Shown here one piece after another: positions 10,630-19,704 of a stretch of DNA of 37,582 nt (positions within the stretch are counted from its first letter, which is position 1; each line of letters opens with the position of its first letter). The stretch comes from Malassezia furfur (taxonomy: Eukaryota), in the NCBI GenBank assembly GCA_052055015.1, contig JBQJIT010000064.1, one strand, 5' to 3'. The notes beneath the pieces are model-generated. The model saw nothing but the letters and a program-made list of their open reading frames with translations, had not been told where the DNA came from and did not search any database. A program made the translations under genes and the position numbers.

Positions 10630-11114
10630 ACTTGTTTTACGTCTTTGCTCACATACCTGGCATCTTCTTTACCCGGTGCACATTGTGCATGTCGCAATGT
10701 AGTTTGTACCCTGCCGACAGCGGCATGATTTTGGTAGCCTAGCTACTTTCAAAAGGAATTAGCACACGAACCAACTGCGATTTCCAGACTCGGCGCCCCC
10801 TATCAAGGTAGACGAACGTGCGCGACGTCTGCGTCGTGATGGAACGGGGGCGGTTATGAGAGAAGTAGTCGAGACATTGGCCGCGCGCCCGCATCCAAAA
10901 CGCGCGCATCCAAAGGACATGCCAATGCGCGTATCACGAGAAAGAGTACGTCGTTTCTACAAGCAGCGAATGTAGCATGGGCTGCGTGCAATGCTCATAC
11001 ATCACCACCCATCTATGACGACGCGGGCGCAAAAGATGCAGATGGTCCCGGACCATCACTGCCTCCTCCGCGGTTTCCTTGTATAATGCAGCTGTTCAGA
11101 GCAAATAGAGGCCA

Positions 11115-11462
11115 TTACGCGCCGCCGCTGTTGTGTTAGAGGGTTTATTTGTCGTGCACATACACAAGCTGGAGGAATGCGCGAAACAGCGCACAAATGT
11201 CAGTACTTGTTCATATACGCGTAATAGGACATACAATGTTGTTAATGGGGATATGGATCAGTTTCACAAGGTAGCCAATGAAGCCCATCACGAGGAAGCC
11301 GACACCGACGGCACGGCACATCTGAATGTACTCTGGCATAAGTCACACTTATTGCGCAAACGCACCCTTGCGGTCCGGCTTCGTACACCGGTTCAAGAAG
11401 TGCACACCCTCGTGCACGAACGACACAGGGAGATCGACAATGTCACGGATCCGCTCCGACAT
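11115..11462 (-). CDS. SSS1: Sec61 translocon gamma subunit. Exons 11462-11366, 11332-11235, 11168-11164 (5 nt), 11127-11115
   Basis: Spliced product MSERIRDIVDLPVSFVHEGVHFLNRCTKPDRKEYIQMCRAVGVGFLVMGFIGYLVKLIHIPINNILVGGA, the canonical SecE/Sec61-gamma sequence. Introns 11333-11365 (33 nt), 11169-11234 (66 nt) and 11128-11163 (36 nt). Confidence 0.93.
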
Positions 11463-11568
11463 GGCGCTACGATATGGAGCGAGCGGCGCGGCGCCTGCGC
11501 TAGCGATTTGATCACGTGACGCTTCGGCGCGAAGCCTTGTTCTTCCCAGCATGTGGACGACGAGTGGG

Positions 11569-12015
11569 ATGCGCAGTGCCCTGTTTGCGCACGCCGCGGC
11601 CGCGCCGATGCGCGCACCAAAGGTGAACATGCCGCGTCTTGGGCTCCGTCTCCTTAGTACGGAATCTAGTACCCAGCCCGAGATGCCTGAGCCTCAGCTG
11701 CGGACGCCTGTTCCTATCCGATACCCCTACTTTGTCAACCGCGTGGGCGTGAACCAGTTCAACCTGCCCGTATATGCGGATGTGCGCAATGCCGGATCGC
11801 GTACTCTTACTATGATCCGTAAAGTTGAGGGTGACGTTTCGGCGCTGTGCCGCGACCTGTTCGAGGACTTTGGATGGGGCGACCCATTCGACAAGATGAA
11901 CCCGGATGCCGACAAGTTGGTCCGCCTTACGACCCAGGCTGGCTCCAAAAAGATTGTTATTCACGGGCACTGGACACGCGACATCAAGGCATGGCTTGAG
12001 GAACGTGGATTCTAA
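11569..12015 (+). CDS. IMG2: Mitochondrial ribosomal protein mL49 (Img2)
   Basis: PYFVNR...NLPVY...TMIRKVEGD...IVIHGHWTRDIKAWLEERGF matches the L49/Img2 family, with a presequence-like N-terminus. An alternative ATG lies at 11551. Confidence 0.88.
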   Translation: MRSALFAHAAAAPMRAPKVNMPRLGLRLLSTESSTQPEMPEPQLRTPVPIRYPYFVNRVGVNQFNLPVYADVRNAGSRTLTMIRKVEGDVSALCRDLFEDFGWGDPFDKMNPDADKLVRLTTQAGSKKIVIHGHWTRDIKAWLEERGF

Positions 12016-12074
12016 TTGTGTCGCTCACGGTTCAAAACATACCCGACGACTGATGGTTGCGATGCGCGCCGAGC

Positions 12075-12844
12075 CTACGTACGCTGTGCAGGGAATAGCT
12101 TGGAGACTTGCACACGGCGTGCGACGCCGAATGCGATGGCGAATGCGACGATGGAAAGGACGATGGCCAGGGGCGTGGAGGTGACTTTGCGTCCCCAAAT
12201 GGTGTTCCACAAAGCCAGCATGATCTCCACGACGAGCAGTGCGCCAACGGCATACCCGGACATTCTTGCGTCAGTCAGGATACATACCTGTGGTATTTCC
12301 AGAGGCCCTTTGCTCTGGCCGTGGATCCATACGCTTTTCCGTTGGCCCATACGGTCGACATGCCAAACAAGGCTTGAACCCAGAGTAGGACAAACAAAAG
12401 TGCACCCAGGATCCCATGCAACGAAATAAAGTGCTTTGCTCCCGGCTTACCGTGTGCATGCCACATGACCCACACACCTGCCGTCAAGAGCGGGAGCCCC
12501 AGACCAAGTACGAACACTTGATGCGCATACAAGCCCATCTTTTTGGTAGGCGGTGTATCGGTCGGCTGGAGCACCAAAATTCCTTGCAGGAGGCACAGTA
12601 GTCCCATAGACACGAGCAATGGGTGATACAATGGTGGGGGTACGTGCCCTCCCGTGGAATAGAGAACGAGACACCAGATGCTTGAGACTAGGCCGACGCC
12701 GCCTGCCTGGACCCAAGCTGCACGCCCGCCGAGATTCCCGGCAAGAAAGGCATCCCATGATGGCGTGGTCTCTGACCCCTCTTCTGCGTTGACTAGGCGC
12801 TCGTGTTCGGCATCGGCGGCCGACGTAGGTATCAGCGCAGACAT
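12075..12844 (-). CDS. Cytochrome b561-domain membrane protein. Exons 12844-12288, 12264-12075
   Basis: About six hydrophobic segments with heme-ligand-type histidines (YHPLL, AHQVF, HFISLHG, WKYHRMSG). The 23-nt intron 12265-12287 (GTATGT...ACTGACGCAAG) restores KYHR-MSGY. Confidence 0.85.
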
Positions 12845-13040
12845 GCTCGCTCGCACCTGCAACGCGCGCTCAAGCCACTCAGCACGCGCTGATTACGGTT
12901 CTCCACCTGGGCCAAACGGGGGCATTTCTGCATGACATTACAAACGGGGCAGCGGCGGGCGGCCGAACACGTGCCGCCGTTTTCGCCCACAGACAGCCGG
13001 TCCGCGCCTGCGACAAACCTGAATCTCCCGAGACCAGACC

Positions 13041-13564
13041 ATGTCGTTCCTGCCTAGCCGTCTGTCGCTGACTGCCCGCGCCACGCTGCGCACTGTTTCT
13101 CGTGCTACCCAGCCTATGGCTGCGCGTACGCTGACCACCTCGGTGGCTCGTTTCGCCGAGCACCCCCCTATCATTCAGGGCTCGGGTGCGCCCGCCGGCT
13201 CGACGCCCACCGACGAGGACCAGAGCACCGGTCTTGAGCGCTTTGAGCTGTATGGCAAGCTCGAGGGTGTGGATGTGTTCGAGCAGGAGCCGCTGCCTGC
13301 GGACCGTCTCGGCACCATGAAGGACCCGATCAAGGTCCGGAGCATGGTATGTTGATAGCGCGTGACTGACAACAACAGTACCACGAGCACCACATCGGCT
13401 GCACTGGCTTCCCTGCTGAGTCGCACGAGACGCTCTGGCTGAACATGAGCCTCGAGAAGGAGCACACTCGCTGCCCCCGCTGCGGCAGTGGTACGTACCC
13501 AAGTGCACTGACGACAGTCTACCAGCTCGAGTACCTCGGCGAGCCCGTGAACCACCACCACTAA
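13041..13564 (+). CDS. COX4: Cytochrome c oxidase subunit 4 (COX5B family). Exons 13041-13346, 13379-13490, 13518-13564
   Basis: PTDEDQSTGLERFEL, GTMKDPI, IGCTGFPAESHETLW and the zinc motif RCPRCGSVY, with a mitochondrial presequence. Introns 13347-13378 (32 nt) and 13491-13517 (27 nt). Confidence 0.95.
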
Positions 13565-13986
13565 ACTGCCTCGCGCTGCTGTATACTCCGTTTGGCACAA
13601 CTCGGATGTGTCGTCCCGTAGCTCGTAGGGAGGGGTGGGACTCTTTGCCGTTCCGCAACACCGATTACCATTGCTACTCGACTTGTCGAAAGACATACCG
13701 TACCCGCTCGCGCGAGTCCGCCGATCGGCAAGGGCCGCGACGTCTGCGATGTACAACAAAAAGGGGCCGACGGGGATGATGGATAGCTAAGGGGACGAAA
13801 GACTATAGGGGACAAGAGACATATCGAGTACAAATGGCGGCGTGCGCCGTAGCAGGCCAAGTGATGACAAGAGTTCGGATCAAACGAGAGTCGTGCGAGG
13901 CCCGCGGGGGCGGCAAGAGTCTAGTCATATGCGAAAAGAGGGGCAGATCCGAAAGACAGCACACACATTACACGCGGGAAGGACCC

Positions 13987-15243
13987 TTAGAGCATCTGGA
14001 GGTAGTTGCTCGGCACGATGCCGAGCTCGCCGTTTGGCCGGTAGGCCTGCCACCACTTGCCCGACGAGTCGACAATCTCGAGGATGTCGCCCTTGTTGAA
14101 CGAGATCTCGGTAGGGTCGTCCTCGCTTGCCTTATACGAGTACAGCGCCTCGGCGCGCTGCAGACGCGGCGCAGCGCCCTCGGGCACCCCACCGGTGCCG
14201 ACGCCAGCAAACCCAGTAGACGGCGCGGTCTGCGACACGTTCGAGTACGTCGTCTCGTTGCCCACGATCGGGGGCGCCAACGAGCCGTCGCCCGCGTACT
14301 GCGGCGGGTAGGAGCCCACGGCGCTCGAGTCGAGACCGCTGGTCGGCACGTTCTGCACCATGCCCGACGCGCTTGGCGCCATGCCCGACGCGTTCGGGGC
14401 CATGCCGGCAGCCGAGAGGTTCGAGGCCTGCGACGGCACCGACTCGGGCATCACCGAGTTGTCCACCGCGCGGATCTGCGCCGCGGACGGGTCGACCGAC
14501 GGCGAGTGCGCCACGACGCCCGTCGGCACACCCATGTTGGCCGCGTGCGCGGTGGGGTCCATGTTGACGTTGGTAGCGCCGCCCGAGAGGTTCTGCATGC
14601 CCTGCGTGGTCTTGTTCTTGCCGAGCGAGAAGCGGTTGCGCAGTCCACCGAACGCGCCCGTGGCCGTGTTGCCGAGCGACGACACGCCACCCGTGACGTT
14701 GTTACCGGCGTTGGTCGCGGCGTTGGTCATGCCGCTGATGCCGCCGCCAATGCCCGGCACGGCACCAAACGAGGCGCCCGACGGCTTGCCGCCGGTAACA
14801 GCGCTCTCGGTGCTTTCCGCGTAAGTCAGGTACAGGAGCCAGACCACTGCGGCGATCGAGTAGATCAGGTAGCCGGCACCCATGCCCTGCATGTCGCCGT
14901 CGTCGCTGTACAGGCCGAGATCGGCGCCAAGCACCGACATCACAATCGCGATGATCAAGAAAGGAACGAGGAGCGGCTTGAAGAAGCCCACGGAGCCGAC
15001 AGCGATAAGGAAGCAGATCGCGATGACCAGTGCGAGGTCCACCCAGGTGGTGAACCAGACGTGGTGCAGGTGCAGATGGTCCCGCGATTCAGCCACACAC
15101 TGCGAGACGAACGAGGTGAACCAGCCGATCACGCCGAGAAGGGCGCCGCCGCCGAGAATGAGTGTGCCGATGGCATTTCTGGTGTGAGTTGCGGCGACCT
15201 ACTTTCCGCTGACGCGGTCAAGACCCGGGATTCCACGAGCCAT
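13987..15243 (-). CDS. SHO1: Tetraspan osmosensor/signalling adaptor with C-terminal SH3. Exons 15243-15203, 15178-13987
   Basis: Four N-terminal hydrophobic helices, a Gly/Ser/Ala linker and an SH3 domain ([37 protein letters not shown]...[11 protein letters not shown]). The 24-nt intron 15179-15202 carries an in-frame TAG. Confidence 0.92.
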
Positions 15244-15491
15244 CTGGGAGAGACAGAGGACGAAGGAGCGAAAACGGTCGCGACAGAGCCCTCTCACGGA
15301 ACGCTACCGCGACTCCTGCGAGGGCGCGCGCGCCCGGGAATGCGATTTGCCCAAGAATGCAGCTCGCTGCAGGGAGCTGCACGCAGTTCTACTCCATCCA
15401 CTCTTGGGTCACCGTCCACTCCCTTGGCGCGCCACCGTCACGTGGCTACCACTGACCCCCGGCGAAGGTGGAGGGCAACGCACACGCCGCG

Positions 15492-17642
15492 ATGGCCGAC
15501 CGCGCACGGCTGCTCGAGAGCCGGTATGGCGACCAGACCCATCATACGCGCGTCGCGGGGCCCGACACCATCGCGGCCGCGAAGAAAAAGCGCGCAGAAC
15601 AGCGGCGTGCAGCAGTCCGTGCGCTGCAAGGCGATGAGGACGAGGATTTCATCCCCCTCAGCGCCCCACGCGCCGCGTCGCGCGCCGTGACCACCGCTGC
15701 CGACGCGTACCAGGGGCCGCACCCGCACTCGGGCCTGCAGCGCGAGGAAGACGACCTAGGTAGCGGCGAGGACGAGCATGCCGAGTTCACGGGCGCGACC
15801 GAACGCATCCCGCTCGGTCGCGATGCCGAGCGACGCCGCAAGCAGGAACAGCGCCGACAGATGCGCAGCCTGATTGCCGAAGCGACAGGCGCACCGGATG
15901 AGGAAGAGGACATTGCGATAGTGGTGCGTGAGCCGCCGCGCCGCGCCGCACCGACGGCACCGTCAGGCGCCGCAACGATGACGATCCACGAGCCGGTGCC
16001 GATGGAGACCGACACGGTATTGGTGCGCGACGAGGATCCCGAGGAACGCGAGGAGCAAGAGGCATGGGAGCGTGCACAGCTCAGACGTATGGACATGCCT
16101 GGTATGCGTGTCGAGCGCGAGGAACGCGCGCCATCGCCGCACCGCGCCGCGCCGGTACCGCTCACAGCGCCGGTGCCGACGCCGACGTCGTGCCTGGCGC
16201 GGCTGCAGGCGCAAATCACCTCGCTCGATGCGCGTGCCACAGAGGAGCAGGAGCATCGCGACGCCACGCAGCGCGCGCTCGACGCGCTGGAGCACGACGA
16301 GGCGGCGCTCAAGCGCTCCGTCGAGGCCGCCGAGGCCAAGTCGGCGTGGTTTGCCGAGCTGGACGCATTTGTCGAGACGTTTGCGGCATTCTTGGACGTC
16401 AAGATGCCGCTTCTCGACACGCTCGAGCACAATGCGCTCGGTCTGCTCGTTGACCGCAAGGTATCGAGGCAGCGCGCGCGGTCGCTGGCCCTCGAGGACG
16501 CCCTGGCGCTCTTCCACGGCGTGTCGGATGCCACACTGTGGCTGCCGCACGGCGACGATGAGAGCCGGCCGATCAATGCGGACGGCGACGGGACTTCGCC
16601 CGTGCGCACCGCGCGCCGCGCGCTGTGGGACGCTGTGCCGGACACGAGCGACCAGCGCCTCGCGCCCGCTGAGCGACAGCTCTTTCTGGCCGGGCGCTCG
16701 GAGCTTGCCGAGGACGTCGCGCGGCTCTTGCGCGATACACACGCGCCCGAGTTCCGTAGCCCACTCGCGGCCGACGACACGGGTGCCTGGCACCCGCGTT
16801 CGCTGGCGGCGCGCTTCCAGGCATGGCGCACGGCGTACCCCGCGGAGTACGACCTGGCATGGGGCGGCTTGGCGCTTGCCAATGCGTGGGAGTTTTTCGC
16901 GCGCTACGAGCTAGTGCAGTGGGACCCGCTGTGGTGCACGAACCGCACGCCGGGCGAGACAGAGGTATGTCTCCAAGGCCCACGCGCCGGCCTCGAAGGC
17001 TTCGCGTTTGAGCACGAGATCACCGCGTACGTCGACGCCGACCCGCGCGACGCGCAAAAGGCGCGTGGTGGTGACAGCGAGGCGAGCGCGACGCTTGTGT
17101 CCAACGCCGTGGTCCCGCGTCTCGTCGCCGTCGCGGAGCAGGCGTACGACGTGTGGAGCGAGATTGAGACGGCGTCGGCGCTCGTGCTTGTCGAGCAGGT
17201 ATCGTACCTGATTGACCCGACCGGCTGGCGCTTCCAGTCGCTGGTGCGTGCGTTCTTGGCGCCGTTTGCCGCGCACGTCGAGCTACTCGCCACGGCACTG
17301 CGCGCGCCACGCACGGCGCCGGGCGCGCCGATGCACCCTGACGTGCCCGCGGCCCGGGCGTTCGTCGCGCGCGAGGTGACGACGCTCGCGCTGAACCTCG
17401 GGCGGTGGGGCATGTACTACCACGGGCCGCAGGCGCTGCCCTGGAGCGCGAGCGAGCGCGGCGCATACGACACGCTCGCCGATCGCCTGCTCGGCGAGGT
17501 GCTGTGGCCGATCGCCGTGGATGCAGGCGCGTGGGGCGGGCGCGAGGCGGCGCAGGGCCTCGTCGCGCGTTTTCCGCTGCACGTGCTGCCGTCCGACGTG
17601 CGCGGGCGCTGGGAGGCTTTGGCCGCCAAGGATACCCTATAG
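15492..17642 (+). CDS. NTR2/GCFC (PAXBP1/GCFC2-like) spliceosome disassembly factor
   Basis: REEDDLGSGEDEHAEFTGATERIPLG, EAWERAQLRR, a coiled coil, and RFQAWRTAYPAEYDLAWGGL..WEFFARYELVQWDP, which resembles the GCFC domain. The start codon is uncertain. Confidence 0.78.
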   Translation: MADRARLLESRYGDQTHHTRVAGPDTIAAAKKKRAEQRRAAVRALQGDEDEDFIPLSAPRAASRAVTTAADAYQGPHPHSGLQREEDDLGSGEDEHAEFTGATERIPLGRDAERRRKQEQRRQMRSLIAEATGAPDEEEDIAIVVREPPRRAAPTAPSGAATMTIHEPVPMETDTVLVRDEDPEEREEQEAWERAQLRRMDMPGMRVEREERAPSPHRAAPVPLTAPVPTPTSCLARLQAQITSLDARATEEQEHRDATQRALDALEHDEAALKRSVEAAEAKSAWFAELDAFVETFAAFLDVKMPLLDTLEHNALGLLVDRKVSRQRARSLALEDALALFHGVSDATLWLPHGDDESRPINADGDGTSPVRTARRALWDAVPDTSDQRLAPAERQLFLAGRSELAEDVARLLRDTHAPEFRSPLAADDTGAWHPRSLAARFQAWRTAYPAEYDLAWGGLALANAWEFFARYELVQWDPLWCTNRTPGETEVCLQGPRAGLEGFAFEHEITAYVDADPRDAQKARGGDSEASATLVSNAVVPRLVAVAEQAYDVWSEIETASALVLVEQVSYLIDPTGWRFQSLVRAFLAPFAAHVELLATALRAPRTAPGAPMHPDVPAARAFVAREVTTLALNLGRWGMYYHGPQALPWSASERGAYDTLADRLLGEVLWPIAVDAGAWGGREAAQGLVARFPLHVLPSDVRGRWEALAAKDTL

Positions 17643-17652
17643 ACAGAGATAC

Positions 17653-19634
17653 CTACGTGAACCGCCAGGAGGCGCGTGCATCGGTGACCATCCGGCGTGC
17701 CTGCGCGGAGCCGACGAGGCGCTCGAGGCGGAGCAAGTCGTACTTGCAGTAGAGCACCTGGACGGCGATCTCGCTCGGGTCCGGCACCTCTTCGTCGTCG
17801 CTGCGCTGACTGAGCGCGGCGTTGATCAACTCGGGGTAGTACGATGCGTGCTCCGGCGGCGCATAGAAAACGATCGTGCGTGCGCCGCGCAGCAAGTACC
17901 GCCGGTAGAAGTGGAAGCGCTCGGTGACGAGCAAAAAGCTCTTTTTGCCCGCAAAGAACGACTGCCGCGCCCGCGACACGTCCTTGTTCGAGGAGTACTC
18001 AGAGAGCGTCGCGTATGTCAGCGTGCCGGCCTTGCGGAAGTGGTCCTCGACGCGGACAAAGTCAAAGTACGACGGGATGACGATCATGGTATGCGTCGCA
18101 CTCACCGCCGACCGCTCGAGGTGCGGCAGCGTCTTTTGCACAAACAGGTGGAGGCGCGCGTCGGCCTCGCCCTGGGCGTTGGCACACTCGAAGCGCTGGA
18201 AGGTCTGGCGCATGCCCGGGACGACGGTCGCGATCGACGCGTCCTCCGCAGACACCGTCGTGGTGGTGCGCACGCGCCCGGCGACGTTCTGCAGGTGGTG
18301 GAACAGGGTACGGAATTCGGGCGCGTCGAACGATGAGAGCAGGATCGACTGCCGCAGGTTCCGTGCCTGGTCGTCCAGGTACCACGGCTTGACGCGCGAA
18401 AAGTCGGTATCGTGCGCCTGCTTCGGGATGGCATTCAGGCGCTCGAGCACGAACTGCGTGAGTAGGGTGCGGCGTACCTTGACGTGGTCCCAGTTCTGCA
18501 TGAGCATCACGTCCATCTGGTCCACCAGGACAAGCTCAATCGAAGAAAGGTAGTCGGATTCGCTGCGTCAGTGCACCGCCACGTACTGCTCCTTTTCGAT
18601 CAGCAGACGCAGCCCCAGCGGGCTCGCCACGATCACGTCGCTCTCGAAAAACGCGCTGTACAGCTTGAGCGTCTTGCGCGTGAGCTTCACGCCCAGCTTG
18701 AAGTTGTCGTCAATGTTGCCCGCAAACGTCTTGCGGTGGTCCGCGGGGTACCGCGACGCAAACTGCGGGTCCGCCAGCTTGTCCACGGCGTTCGGCGGGA
18801 GCGAAAACTCGGTCTGGAAGCGCGCCTTGTGCTCCACCTGGTCGCACGCCGACACGTCGATCAGGCGCTGTACCCACGCCTTGGCCGAATTGCGGAAGGG
18901 CACGAGGAGCAGCACCTTGGGGCGCGTGAACCCTTGGTCGCGCAGCTCGGGCAGCTCGTCGTCGTGGCCGTCGGCCTTCGCCGCTGCGGCCGCCTTGGCG
19001 AGCCGCTCGTTGTCTTTGAGGATGCGCTGGCGCGTGCGCGCAACATGGCTCATGGCGTGCATGGCAAGCACCGAGCGCAGCCCGTCGTGCTCGTCGAGCG
19101 CAACGCGCGCGTCCCACACGTCGACGTAGCGCCCGACCAGGTCGATCCACTCGCGGTGCGCAGGCGACACCGGCCCGTATTTCGCCTTGAACGCGTTCCA
19201 GATGCGTGCATGGGGCTGTGTGAGAGCGTGCAACGTACCCGTGCTGCGGCGTCACTCTGCTTCTTCCGCACGGCGCGCACCACCGACGCGCCGCCCAGCA
19301 GCGAGACGTGCTCGGGCGCGGTCCAGTGGATGTCGCGCGTATCGATGCCGGCGAGGTCGGCGCTTTCGGCGCCGAAGTGGGTATGAAAGGCGTCCGCAAC
19401 GTCGCCGGCCACCTCGTCGTCCGAGTCGGCAGCGGCCTGCGGCTCGTCGACGGCGGTCGGCTCCTGCGCTGCCGCGGGCGCACGCTCCGTGCGCTTCTCG
19501 ACCGACGGCGCGGGACGACTCGAGACGCGCACACGCTTAGCGCTCCGCTCCTGGTCGTCGTCGTGCCGCAGGTGCGTCGCAGAGACGTTCAGCAAGGTCT
19601 GGAGGCGCACATGCGCCCGGTTGTCCGACCCCAT
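17653..19634 (-). CDS. UTP25: U3 snoRNA-associated protein 25 (DEF). Exons 19634-19239, 19215-18587, 18562-18478, 18453-17653
   Basis: LRDQGFTRPKVLLLVPFR, FAGNIDDNFKLGVK, SDVIVASPLGLR, DYLSSIE, MQNWDHV, DTDFSRVKPWYLD, IPSYFDFVRV and TERFHFYRRY. Introns 19216-19238 (23 nt), 18563-18586 (24 nt, in-frame TGA) and 18454-18477 (24 nt, no stop). Confidence 0.95.
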
Positions 19635-19647
19635 GCTGGCCGATGGC

Positions 19648-19672
19648 AAAAATTTTGAGACCTCCACACGTG
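19648..19672. promoter_or_regulatory. RRPE-like AAAAATTTT (19648-19656) and CACGTG (19667-19672) in the 70-nt UTP25/LSG1 bidirectional promoter
   Basis: Motifs are read directly. RRPE is the established ribosome-biogenesis promoter element of budding yeast, and both flanking genes are Ribi genes. Confidence 0.55.
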
Positions 19673-19704
19673 ATTCTGCGTCGAGGTCGACGTCTTGCCA
19701 CAAG

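Noticed and set aside
10651..10661. ACATACCTGGC resembling the U1 snRNA 5' end
   Set aside because: It is an imperfect match to ATACTTACCTGG, lies 20 nt into the RPL35 3' UTR, and no U1 stem-loops or Sm site were recognised.
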